Shown here: positions 11,488-23,346 of the stretch, in pieces
How the letters are laid out: each line of letters begins with the position of its first letter
How positions within the stretch are numbered: position 1 is the first letter of the stretch
DNA from: Selaginella moellendorffii
Taxonomy: Eukaryota > Plantae > Lycopodiophyta
Reading direction: 5' to 3'
NCBI RefSeq assembly: GCF_000143415.4
Contig: NW_003314290.1
Location: 620,001-684,000 of the forward strand
Length of the DNA stretch: 64,000 bases
The notes under the pieces: generated by a model
Database searches by the model: none
Told to the model about the DNA's origin: nothing
The model's input: only the letters and a program-made list of their open reading frames with translations
Position numbers and translations under genes: made by a program

Positions 11488-14400
11488 TTAATTGAACTTT
11501 GCATAAGTACATAGAGTTCTGCCTTGCAAAAATTCCTCCACTAGATCTCGCGCGTTCGCTAGGTTCTCCTCCGGTTCCCATGTTGCTTCGCAGTGTGGAA
11601 ATCCTTTCCACTTCACATGGAACTCTCTCACCTCGCGTCCTTGTCGCTTGCTCTGGCACGCATTGAGGATGGCCTCGACTTCGTATTCCTCTTCCCCTTG
11701 GATAACCTCAGGTAAGGGTCTTACTTGGTCCTTGCGAAGCGGATCCTCAAAGTATGGCTTGAGTAAATTCACATGGAACACTGGGTGCATCTTCCCCATC
11801 TCTCGAGGAAGTCGGAGTCGGTAAGCCACTTTACCGATTCGTGCCTCAATCTCGTAAGGCCTTGCGAACCTACTTAAGGAACTCAAGATCAATTCATTTA
11901 CAGGAATACATGCATTTTTACCTTTGGGTCAACTTTCGGCTGATCCCATTTGGTAGCCTGAGGTTCTTGGTGTTCAGCCACACCTTCTCCCCAGCTTGGA
12001 ACTCTACATCCCGGCGCTTTAGGTTTGTGTACTTGGTTTGCCTTTGTTGAGCCCGTTCCAAGGAATCCCTCACTAGATTCCAAATGTTGAGTCTTTCCGC
12101 CATGAATGCCTCCACTGCGGGTAGCTCTCCATGATACTCGGCCACGCCGAGCTCCAAAAGACCTTCAATAGCTCGCCCATTGATGACTTCCCATGGATTC
12201 ACCCCGATACTCGAATGTGGTGAGTTGTTATAACACATTTCCGCAAGTCCCAAATGACTTACCCAATCGGTCTGGTCTCCCGAGACATAGCATCGCAAAT
12301 AATCCTCCAGCTGCCTATTCACCCTTTCCATTTGTCCGTTTGTCAAGAAGTGTTAGTGTCACTAAACTTGACTTAATACCCCATACCTGTCTGTGGGTGA
12401 TAGGCGGTGCTGAATTTCAATTTGGTGCGATACTGTTCCAGGAGAGTCCTCCAGAACCTACTAGTGAAGATCTTATATCAATCTGAGATGATCTCTTCCG
12501 GCCTTCCCCACACTCGAACCACTTGTTCGAAGAATAGCTTCGCCACACCTTCCACATCCACTTCCGTTGTGGTGGGTATGAAATGTGCCATTTTCAAAAA
12601 TCGGTCCACCACCACGAATATCGCATCAAACCCCTCGCTTGGGGGAAGTCTCGTGATGAAGTCCATCGTAAGACATTTCCACGGACGATCTGGAATTGGG
12701 ATGCTTTGCAACAAGCCCCTACTAGCCTTAGTCACGGCTTTGACCTGCTGACATGTTGGACATGTCTTTACATAGTCTTGGACGTCCTTAGCCATATCTG
12801 GCCAATGGTACTTCCTCTTGAGTAAGCCCATCGTCTTGGGCACTCTGCCGTGTCCCGCAAGAAGTCCGTCATGACACTCTTCTAAGGCTACCTTCCTTAG
12901 TTCCCCTTTTGGAACATACACTCTCGTTTGCTTGTAATAGATGAGTCCGTTGCATTCCGCATAGCCCGTTTTCTTTTCCGTTGGCAGCTCACCTCTCTGG
13001 TGAGCTTCCCGCGCCTCTAGATTCCTCAGCAACACTTCTTATGCTAGACCATCGTTCTCATATGCTGTCTGCACATCGTCCCAGAAGGTTGTTGTTGCGT
13101 TGGATATCGCCAACCTCAAGCTCGCTTTTCGACTTAGCGCATCTGCCACGATGTTGCTCTTCCCAGGCTTGTACAGAATCTCGCAATCAAACTCGGCCAA
13201 GGCATTGGCCCACCGACCTTGTTTCCCTCTCAGGTTGGGCTGTGACAAGAAGTGTTTCGTTGCCACATTGTCCGTGTAAACCTTGAAGTGTCTCCCAAGG
13301 TAGTGTCGCCACTCCTTGAGTGCCTTGACCACCGCAAATAATTCCTTCTCGTGGGCAGGCCATTTCTGTTGAGCCTTGTCCAACTTCTTCGAGAAGAACG
13401 CTACTGGATGGTTGTCTTGCTTCAAAACTGCGCCCAACGCAAAGTCTGAAGCATCTGTGTCTACCTCAAAGTCCTTACCAAAATCTGGTAATGCCAACAC
13501 GGGAGCCTTCCTCAACTTCCCTTTGAGGTGGACGAATGCCGCCTCGCATTCCGCTGTCCATACCATCTTCCCTTTTCCTGTTTGGTCCGTTAAGGGCAGG
13601 GCTACTCTCGAATAGTGTCTGATAAACTTTCGGTAGTAGTTGCGTAGCCCCAAGAATGCCCTCAACTCATGTACATTCGATGGTCGCTCCCATTCCTAGA
13701 TCGCTTTAACCTTCTCCGGGTCCACCTTGAGCCCGTCTTGGCCCACCACATGCCCGAGAAACTTTACCTTTTGTTGAGCAAAGTCACATTTGCTCTCTTT
13801 AGCAAACAGTTTGTGTTCCCTTAGTTTCTCAAACACCTTCGCCAAGTGTTCGGCATGCTCCTCTAGCGTCTCGCTATAGATCAGGATGTCGTCGATATAG
13901 ACGACTACGAAGTGATCCAGATAGGGTACAAAGATGTGGTTCATCAACGCCGAAAATGTTGCCGGCGCATTGCATAGCCCGAAGGGCATCACTAGAAACT
14001 CAAAGCTCCCATACCTCGTTCGATAGGTTGTCTTCTCGACATCTTCCTTGGCTACCCTGATCTGGTAGTATCCTGAACTTAGGTCAATCCTCGAGAAGTA
14101 TTTTGCCTTTCCCAACCTATCGAACAGGTCCTTAATTGTTGGCAAAGGGTACTTGTTCTTCTTTGTATACTTGTTGAGCAACCGGTAGTCTATGCACATG
14201 CGCATAGAACCATCTTTCTTTTTCACAAATAACACCGGCGCCCCATACGGCGACTTGCTCAACCTAACATACCCTTTGTCCACCAACTCCTCTAGTTGGC
14301 ACTTGAGCTCCTTGAGTTCTTTTTCGTTCAAACGATAGGGGGGACGAACCACTGCCTCAGCACCCTCGACCAGCTCAATCTTATGTTCTATCGGTCGTGC

Positions 14401-16260
14401 AGGGGGCAACCCCGCCGATAGCTCCTCCGGCATGGTATCCTGGAATTGGTCCAACACCCACTAGATCACCAAAGGTACTTCTTCCTTTCCTGTCTTTTTG
14501 TCACTCTTCACCGAGAGTAAGCACAAAAAGGCTGCCTTAGTTCCTTTGGTGAGTTGTCCTCTCGTGGACACCAGGTTTAAGCAGGAATCTTTGGCCTTGC
14601 TTTGCCCTACCTTTAGATCCTGGGCCTCCACCCTAGATCTTCTTCCTTGGGCATTCGCCAATACCACAAAGTTCCTACCTTGTCCATGCAGGGCTACCAC
14701 GAACCGATTAAACCAATCCATTCCGAAGATCATGTTAAATCCCGCCGTGTCCAACACGGTGAAATCCATGTCTACTTTCCATGTCCCTACTTCGACTCTC
14801 GTTTGTCGAAGTACCTCATTGGTGCTTTGGCTACCTTGAACAAACTCTATAATCCTTGGTTCGCCTAGCCGCTGCACTGTTAGTCCGGCTTGCCAGACTA
14901 TGTCTGCAGCCACAAAATTATCCGAAGCACCTGTGTCAATAAGGATCTTAACAAAGCTACCTCTGAGCTTCCCTCAGAGGGCTAGTAGATGTCGCGAACG
15001 ACTCTCTACCAAAGTTGCTCGTGTAATGAGTAACTTTGAGTTAGGGACTGGATCACATACCTCAGTTTAGACTTCACCCGACTTGATGGCCATATTGGCT
15101 CTGGCTTTCTTCGAGTAAGGACATTCCCTCGAAAAGTATCCCGTTTCACCGCAGTTGTAGCATACGTTGTTTCCCACGCTGCTATACGACTTGACCTTTT
15201 TATCCGTGGGTTTGTCTTTTTTCGCTTGACTCCCCCACGTACTCGCTCGCTGGCCACCGGATTTGCCTTTCCGGAACCCCGAGGACTCATTCTTAGAGAA
15301 ACTCTTCTTGAATTTCCCCTTGGTATACGTTCCCCTTTGTTTGGCCCCTTTGCTAAACGTGGATCCCGACCCCGTCGTGTTCCCCTTTCGCAGGTTATCA
15401 TTGAAATGCACCTTGATGGCCGCATCTAACGCTTCCTTGTAGTTGGTCGGGTTTCACCACATCACCTCACCGTGAGCCCAGGTTTGCAACCCCGATATGA
15501 AGGCATGGAACGCATCCATATCCCCCATGTCTGTGACAAGTATCCTCTTTGCCATGAACCCATTCACATATTCCTGGATGGTTCCAGTCTGCTTCAGCCT
15601 ACTCAGCTCATCTCTCAGATGCAGAGTGGTATTCGGAGGAACGTATGTTGCGCGGATCCTCGCCTTCATCATGTCCCAAGTGGCCACCGGTCCTTCGTTG
15701 GCCTCCGTTGTTCTCCACCAAGACTTGGCATTATCTGCCAAGTATGGTTTTGCACATGGGACCTTCTCCGAGCTCGGTAACCACAACGCTCGGAAGTAGT
15801 CCTCCATATCGTAAAACCAATCCTCCACCACCTTATAGTCGTTCACTCCCTTGAAGACCGGTGGGGGCTTTGGTTTGTACTTGGGAACTGCCTGAGGGAC
15901 TGATTCCACTTCAGTCTGTTTGACCTTGTCTAGTTTTGCCTCAGTCCCTGCCGAAGGGTCTGCACCTTCTGCGCTGCCAGCATCCGCAGTCTTTCTCTTT
16001 TTCTTCCGCCTCTCGTCATGCTTTAGCTTGCGTACGAGAGTCTCCAGCAGGGCATTGGTCTGTGCCAACTGTCCTTCTAGCACGTCCAATCAAGCCTTGG
16101 ACGACCGAACCTCGCCACCGGACTCATGTTTGGAAGTTTCCTCACTAGAGTCCTCCTCATGCAAGGATTCCTCATCCATAGCCTCTTGTTCGACCGGAGG
16201 CTCCAGCTCTGGCGGAGGTTCCGTCTCCGCCTTTGTTCACTTACGCCCTGCCCTTGCCAT
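11488..16260 (-). pseudogene. gag-pol polyprotein: single frame with in-frame stops and two intron-like inserts in integrase
   Basis: ATG at 16260. ORFs starting at 16089, 15411, 14913, 14457, 13665 and 13035 share one frame, separated mostly by transition-type stops. The only frame changes are at inserts 12340-12386 and 11870-11921. Chromodomain EEEYEVEAIL...VKWKGFPHCEATWEPEENL. Confidence 0.92.
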
Positions 16261-16316
16261 CTCCCAGCAATCCGCCTCTATCCTTTGCTAGAACTGAGGA
16301 AAAGGCTCCGATACCA

Positions 16317-17625
16317 AATTATATTCCAATTTGCTAGCTTACCTTGTCTATCCGTCCGACATTGCCTTGGCTTTTGCTAAGTTCCCTCGCCAAGGTTCTC
16401 GCCTATGGTACCAACTCCTACTTGGTCCTACTTGGTTTCAACTACTCACTGCACGAGCAACGGAGCGTTAGCCATCCATCCACGGATTCCCAATCTCTCC
16501 CAATCCCCCTCCCCGGGTTAGACTGGACTTAAGGTTCGGCTACACTCCCCGCAAGCACAAGCAGCCAAGCACACCAAGCTTCTAGGTTCCTAACATCCCT
16601 TGGTACCACAAGACTTGATCATGGGACCCTCTAAATCCCAAGTCTTGAGTGCAACACTTGCTTCGGGACGCCGGGGCAAAACACCGTGGCCTAGCGGCCC
16701 GGTATGGGTACCTCTACCCCCCCACTTCCATCCCGAAGGAAGGCCCAAGCCCCTAGGAAGGGCGAGGACCAATGAGCCGCATGGTACTCAAATAGGGCAC
16801 CACTCCATATGAGCCGGGAGCACTGCAATTGGTTTCCCTTTCGGGAGTGGGAGCTGCTCTTGAGCACTTCCTTGGATGGCCCCTCCAGCACCAACCAAGT
16901 CCATACTCACTCCCACCCAAGGCCCCTTGGTCCCAGTCTCAACCTCAAGTCGGTTTGGAAGCCCCATTGGAGAGTCCCTTCAAAACTGGTTCCTGGACCT
17001 CACTATCCTTACTATACTTTTGGAACCCCCTGCAGCCCCCCCCCCCCCCCCCCCGCCCCCCCCCTTGGGAGACGCACGCTTTGGGCTTTCCCCCTTTGTC
17101 CCGTATTAGTATTTGGACTTAGTCTCTAGCTCGATCTCGGACCCGATTTCGGATCCGACTTCGGATTCGGTCTCAGATTCGATCTCGGGAACCCCCGGAA
17201 GCCCCCCCCCCCCCCCCCACCCCTTGGGAGACGCACGCTTTGGGCTTTCACCCCTTGACCCGTATTAGTATTTGGACTTAGTCTCTGGCTCGATCTCGGA
17301 CTCGATTTCGGATCCGACTTTGGATTCGGTCTCAGACTCTATCTCGGACCCGATCTCGGACCCGATCTCGGACCCGACCTCGGACTCGACCTCGGACTCG
17401 GTCTCGGACCCGATTTCGGATCTCGGACTCCGTCTCGAACTCGGTCTCGAACTCGGTCCCCGAGTCGGTCTCGGACTCGATTTCGAACTCTGTCTCAAAC
17501 TCGGTCTCTGAGTCGGTCTTGGACTCGATCTTCGACTTAGTCCCATCCGATGAACTCTTTGTCATTTTGGTCATGCTTTCGGGGTTCCTTTAGCCTACGA
17601 CACCTCGGCGAGTTGGTTCTTTACA
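16317..17625 (-). repeat. 5' LTR of the chromovirus, with an internal ~170-bp tandem duplication and poly-C tracts
   Basis: Direct repeat of 9932-11082; blocks ~17035-17190 and ~17200-17350 are duplicated. Confidence 0.92.
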
Positions 17626-18073
17626 TTCTTATGGTAATCTGTTTACTATATAATTTTCCTCCAATCCAAGCAAGACACTTGACTGTAGATCTTGCTCTAG
17701 GTCAATATATAGCCCACTCAATTTTATGAATCTTTTGTTCTTTGACTTGGAAGCACTTAAACTTTTGGTTGTTGGAAGCATTAGTCCTTTTTGTTCTCTA
17801 GTAACATACTCATACTTGAGACGGTGTGAATTTGTTAGCTATATCAGCTCACGTGCTTGTTGCTTCCTTCTGATAGTTTTAAGATTCCTAGTTGGTTTTA
17901 TTACAGAGTGAATTCCAAGATCATTTAAAGCTAATCCCACCACCTTTATGAGATTGTGACTAGGAAGTCGTATTGATGTTATAGTAGATAAGTGTGCCAT
18001 CAAATCTTTAAGATTCAGTCTATTTCCTATAACCTAGCCTTTCATATAAGCATGCATAAAGGCTTGTTGTAAA

Positions 18074-18353
18074 TGTAAGCAATTAAAGGGAACGACTCGA
18101 AAAACAATCCATGGGGTTCAAATACAAAGGGAAAGAGCCCATGAATAAAAGTGCACCCCCTTTTCCAATCGATTAAAGGTCTTAGAATATTTGGGGTTAA
18201 GTGTCCTTGGATTTGAGTAGTACTAGGCTAGGTGACCTCCCAAGAATTCCAAACTCAAGAGCTTACAGGGCTAATTGACCTCTTAAAAAATCCAAACTCA
18301 AGAGGTTATAGAGTTGGGTGACCTCCTAGGAAGTCCAAACTCAAGAATTTACG
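18074..18353 (+). mobile_element. Cassandra-like solo LTR carrying a 5S rRNA internal control region
   Basis: 18196-18250 GTTAAGTGTCCTTGGATTTGAGTAGTACTAGGCTAGGTGACCTCCCAAGAATTCC aligns with the A-box/IE/C-box half of plant 5S rRNA. Its ~43-bp 3' unit occurs three times. Starts TGTAA, ends TTACG; imperfect flanks GTAAA/GTAGG. Confidence 0.6.
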
Positions 18354-20450
18354 GTAGGATAGAAATGACCAAATCATTCTAGCAAGCTTTAGATAGAGAT
18401 ACATGTTTAAAGCCATTTGTTTTTGCTAGCCATATCATATGGTAACTCTTGGTAAAATTTATTGTTAGAATTTAGGTAGCAACTATTTCATAACTCATCT
18501 ATAATAGAAAGATTAAACCATTATACTAGCCAAGTTTATAATCATGGAATTGCTTTCTCATAAAGCATTACCTCAAACTTGTCACAAATGTATGAACTTG
18601 TATTGCTTTTTTGCATTTTCTAAAGTGTTTGCAAATTTTAAACTTTAGTACAATTACTTATATTCATTATAGTATTCAACTCGAATATATTTATCTATGT
18701 GTTCATGTAGATTTTACTCCCAATGGAAAAAACAACTCCTCTTTTGGCTAACTAAAACCTTATCTAGACCACTATTATAGATAGTTCTAATAGCTCGTCA
18801 ATTTGCTTGTGCTTCATCACTCACAAATCCATAAAATATTAGTGGTGTTAAAGATCTTGTTCCAACTTAGTATATTTTGTTTAGTAGCGTCCAAAAAAGA
18901 ACTTGAGCTGGCATGTCTTTTCCTCTCATCTCATAAACAATTATCACTAGTAAGGATTACGCTCTACATAAAAGAACATTATTAATATAATAATTGAATA
19001 AATGCATATTTACCTTAGATTGTACACATTATGAGTTATTTTAGACTATTCGGGAATTATGTGTGTATGATTAAAGCATATCCAAGAGTATTGCAAATCT
19101 ATACTTGGTAACATCCGCTTAACAAGATCAACTCCACTTTTAATACCATCCACCAACATCTTGAAAACATGACATCATTTTTTGGCTTCAACTTAGATTA
19201 GTCCTGGAAAAGCAATGCTTTGGAAGAAGTTGTAGTTAAACTCATTTTTAAACTTTAAAATTGCATTGAGACTTGAGGACTTCTCAAAAAAAAAAAGAGA
19301 GACTTTCTTCTAAAGTTTTCTATTACAATTCACATCCTACAAAGATATTTTAAAGTAAATACAAAATAATATTTTAAATTGACTAGATCTTACTTTCATT
19401 TATTAGTAAGTGCTAAAAGACTATCCAGTGTTTTGCTCAATTATTAGGGTGAAAATGTTATAGTGTTTAAAATTGATTGTAAGAAATTTTGAAGAATTAA
19501 CTCATCTACTGCTTTAGTAGTAGGTTAAGCTCTTGGAGATTGATCTACTATTTTTGAAACAACAAATGTAACCACATCCAAAGTCTCCAAGTATGTCCCA
19601 CTCGCCACTAGATGGTTATGTTGGCTAATGTGAATTGCTGCTCTTGTGAATGTCATATTGTTTAGGACAACTGTCGTGAATGTGACTTCGGGTATCAAAA
19701 GTTATCTGTCAGCCAATCCTTACGAACGCTTTTTCCTTACTGCCACGATGGCAGGAGGTCGGTATTGCTGGTTCCTTTTATTAGCCCCTCTTGTTCAAGT
19801 GTTAGTTTATTGGATTTAGCACTTGTACTTATCCAAATGGACATAAGGTAAGAACTCCTATGTGTTTCTAGTTGAGCATACTCAGCTTGGCTCTTAGTTC
19901 TCTTTTGCTCTGTCTTGCACTGGTTTGACAAGAACTCTTGCGTATTGAGATTAGTCCCTCAATATTGCTGGATGATAGCTTACCGTGTCTACCAAACACC
20001 CTCACTATCATGCCCTTTGTATTAGTCTTATTTTGGTCCCAAATGTTATTTATGGAAAGTGTCCAGATTTGCTCATTTGGCATATCTACGAAATGTAAAG
20101 ATTGTTTTGAACATAATGGTATTCATCCCGTGTCCAAATTCGCAATCTAGAGACATTTCATATTTAGTAAGTTTTGAGCTTATCCCAAAGACTAACTCTT
20201 AGTACTAAGGGAGGCCTGGGGTGAAAGCCCAAAGTGTGTGTTCCTCAGGGGGGGGGGGGGAGGGGGCTGTGAGGGGTTTCAAATGTATAGTAGGGATAGT
20301 GGGTAGGTTAGGCATGGCCGACCAATCTTAGGCATAGTCTAGCTCTCGCTTGCATGCCTGTCCTTGTTTTATGTCTGGCTTGGGTTTAAGCCCAAGCTCC
20401 ACACCATGTTAGCTGGTGGAATACCCATATCCTCACATTAGGCCACCGGT

Positions 20451-22324
20451 TGTGAGACACAAAATCCCTAGGCCCCAAAGTGGAGCCGGAAGGGCGCCAC
20501 ATGGTAGTGGCCGAAGCGAGAGCCAAACGAGCGTAACACGTTTGGACCAAAAGCTCCGACTTGAAAAGTCAAGAGCGGGAGTGGAACTCCCAACGAAGTG
20601 CTCGAGGAACGAGCACGAAGCGAGCAAAAGGCGAGGCTCCAAAAAGGGACCCAAAAGGACCAACACATGACACGTGAGAGTGTCCGAGATGGACTCGAGT
20701 TGGAGTCCGAAGTGGAGTCCGAGATGGACCCGAGTTGGAGTCCGAAGTGGAGTCCGAGATGGACCTGAGTTGGAGTCCGAAGTGGAGTCCGAGATGGACC
20801 TGAGTTGGAGTCCGAAGTGGAGTCCAAGATGGACCCGAGATGGAGTCCGAGATGGAGTCCGAAGTGGAGTCCGAGGTGGACCCGAGATGGACCCGAGTTG
20901 GAGTCCGAAGTGGAGTCCGAGATGGACCCGAGATGGAGTCCGAGATGGAGTCCGAGATGGAGTCCGAGGTGGACCCGAGATGGACCCAAAATGGAGTCCG
21001 AGATGGAGTCCGAGATGGACCCGAGATGGAGTCCGAGATGGACCCGAGATGGACCCGAGATGGAGTCCGAGATGGAGTCCGAGATGGACCCGAGATGGAC
21101 CCGAGATGGAGTCCGAGATGGAGTCCGAGATGGAGTCCGAGATGGAGTCCGAGATGGAGTCCGAGATGGAGTCCGAAGTCGAGACCGAGACCGGGACCGA
21201 GACCGAGACCAAGACCGAGACCGAGATCGGGACCGAGACCGAGGCCGAGGCCGAGGCCGAGACCGAGCCCGAGCCCGAGTCCGAGTCCGAGTCCGAGTCC
21301 GAGTCCGAGTCCGAGTCCGGAGCCTGAGAGGGTGAAAGCCCAAAGCGTTCGTCTCCCAGACCCTGGGGGGTTTGGTGAGCTCCAAAAGTATAGTGAGGGG
21401 GAGGACTGCAGTGGAGCCAGTTTGGCCAGGAAAGGCCAGTTTGGCCCAGGAAGGCCGGACCCAGTGTTGGGTGATGAGCTGCCCACTGGGAAGTCCAAGA
21501 CTAGAGTGAACACAGACCGACAAGCGGGGTAGCTTGGTGAAGTGTTCAAGAGCCGGCTCTAGTTCCCCCGGGAGATCGACTGGCCGATGCTCCCAGTCCA
21601 AGTGTGGGTGGCACTACCTACTTGGATACCAGGTGTGGCTCAACGGAACCTCGCTCTAAGCCCATGGCTAGAGCACCTAAAGGTGAAAGGTGGGGAGAGT
21701 ACCCAGGTGGCTCGCGTAAGGCCACGGTGTTCCGAAATGGTGTCCCAAAGTCCCAGATTGTGGAAAGGAAGAGGGGTAGCCCTCTGGTGGGGTGACCAAG
21801 GACACAGTCACACAGTGAGGAAGTCCTCGAGGATAGTGGGACTTAGTGGTCGAGCCGGTGGGCCTTGATCCAGTGGCAGTGTTGGCGAACACAGCCAAGG
21901 ACAAAAAGGGACTTGGTGGGGACCGGAACAGAGATATTGGGGAAGGCTATTCCCCATGTCTGTAGGCATCCTAAGGATGTTAAGGAGTGGATTTGGGATG
22001 ATCCCTCATGGGCGAATGACCCAGTCTTTGAGAGACGGGATTGGAATACAGGTGGTGTTAGACCACCAGTGTGACCAAGGTAATTGGGCATGGCCTTAGC
22101 GTAATGGGCCGATACGTCGGTGGTACCTTGGGGTGTCGATCATGGGATCGGACACGTGGAGCACTTGGACCAAGTGCTAAGGTTGAGTGGCATGGATGCC
22201 ATTCTTGGGGCTAGCAAGCCCCAAGTCCTGAGTTGGACTTATGGAGGTTGTGAATGAGACTCCTCCAAGTGGTCGGAGGTGTGGTTAAGTGACTAAAGTA
22301 GAATGGAAAATTTAGTCTCTTACA
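20451..22324 (+). mobile_element. Solo LTR (1874 bp) inserted in another LTR; related to the chromovirus LTR
   Basis: TGTGAGAC...GTCTCTTACA termini; TSD CCGGT at 20446-20450 and 22325-22329. The empty site is visible in the paralogous LTR at ~28020-28030. Confidence 0.92.
20680..21320 (+). repeat. 12-bp/6-bp tandem array (GAGATGGAGTCC / GAGATGGACCC, then GAG(A/G/T/C)CC)
   Basis: Directly visible periodic array; it produces spurious low-complexity ORFs in all frames. Confidence 0.95.
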
Positions 22325-23346
22325 CCGGTATGCTAAAATAATGCCAAACTCCGTTTGGCTCCGTTTTGCATGCTGGTCTTGGCATTGGGATGTTAGATAC
22401 TTTAGGACTGTTCCAAGTCGCTTCGTGCTCCTATCTCCTCTCTCGTTGGGCTGTAGGCTTAGGAGTTGCTCCGTGGTCTAATTCTATCATTTCTTGGCTC
22501 TATACTTGGGAGTTTGGCACCGTTCCTTCATTCAGTGGCCCAAGGCCCTGAACCTCGGGTTCCACACCACTATTCTATGGACATGTGGCATATAGAGGGT
22601 TTAGGTTCCGCTTCATGGTGTTATTTTATGATAAATCACCATAGGATAAAGGGTCAAAACCACGTATGCTACATTTGGTATCAGAGAAATTGTCTCAGCG
22701 AGTTCTATCCAATGAGATTGGGCAATTAATCTCATTGCATACGCAAAGATGAAAACGATGATCCGAATAGGTACACATTTGGGTGCAAAGACTTTGCAAT
22801 TGTTCCTTGGGTATGGATTTGGTTACATTTTTGTATCGTATTATGTGAGCTTGCTCTTGGGCTCATAAAATGGACTGAGATGTTCTGTTTGCACGAGTTT
22901 ACGCTTGGGCTCATAAGTGAGGCACATTAGCAACTCAAGGTTGCACTTTGAGTTGGCAGGATTAATGTTAGTTTATTGGTAGTTCCATAAGTTGCTCCAT
23001 GTACCATGGGTAAAAGTAAACCTTCTCTGGGTTTGCTATGAGTGGCAAATAGGCTGGTCCGTAGCTATTTAGCACAACACTAATGGATCCTTCTTAAGCA
23101 TGATTATAAGTGGATCAATCAAGATTATAGGGATTAGTCTATTAATTCAAGTAGTTATTGCCATGCTTTCTCATAAACTTTTCTTGGATTGAACTAAAGG
23201 CAGTGTGAAAGTAAGCTTGAGGTTGGGTCAAATATGAGACCGAAAAGAGAGTTATCAAGGACAAAGGATTAAACACATAAAACATTTTCTCTTCTTGGAG
23301 AGATAATTTGCAACGAGGTGTGACTCATTGCTCATGTTCACAATAT

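Larger units (their letters stand above)
9911..17625 (-). mobile_element. Full-length chromovirus (Ty3/Gypsy with chromodomain), inactivated by point mutations
   Basis: TGTAA...TTACA termini; TSD TTCTT at 9906-9910 and 17626-17630. LTRs 9911-11082 and ~16317-17625. PBS (tRNA-Met type) 16305-16316; PPT 11083-11094. Domain order gag-CCHC-PR(LIDTGAS)-RT(YIDD)-RH-IN-chromodomain. Confidence 0.96.

Noticed and set aside
15006-15070. Programmed readthrough, frameshift or intron at the gag-pol junction
   Set aside because: The frame is continuous into the protease and the TAA is best explained as CAA>TAA like the other lesions. A GAG|GTATGT donor-like site exists at 15060, but no splice is required.
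18196-18340. Functional 5S rRNA gene
   Set aside because: Only the 3' half is present, it is diverged, and it has no T-run terminator; interpreted as an LTR-borne fragment.
20433-21601. Long ORFs in all six frames (RS-, GL- and SP-repeat proteins)
   Set aside because: Artefacts of a stop-free 6/12-bp tandem array inside a solo LTR.
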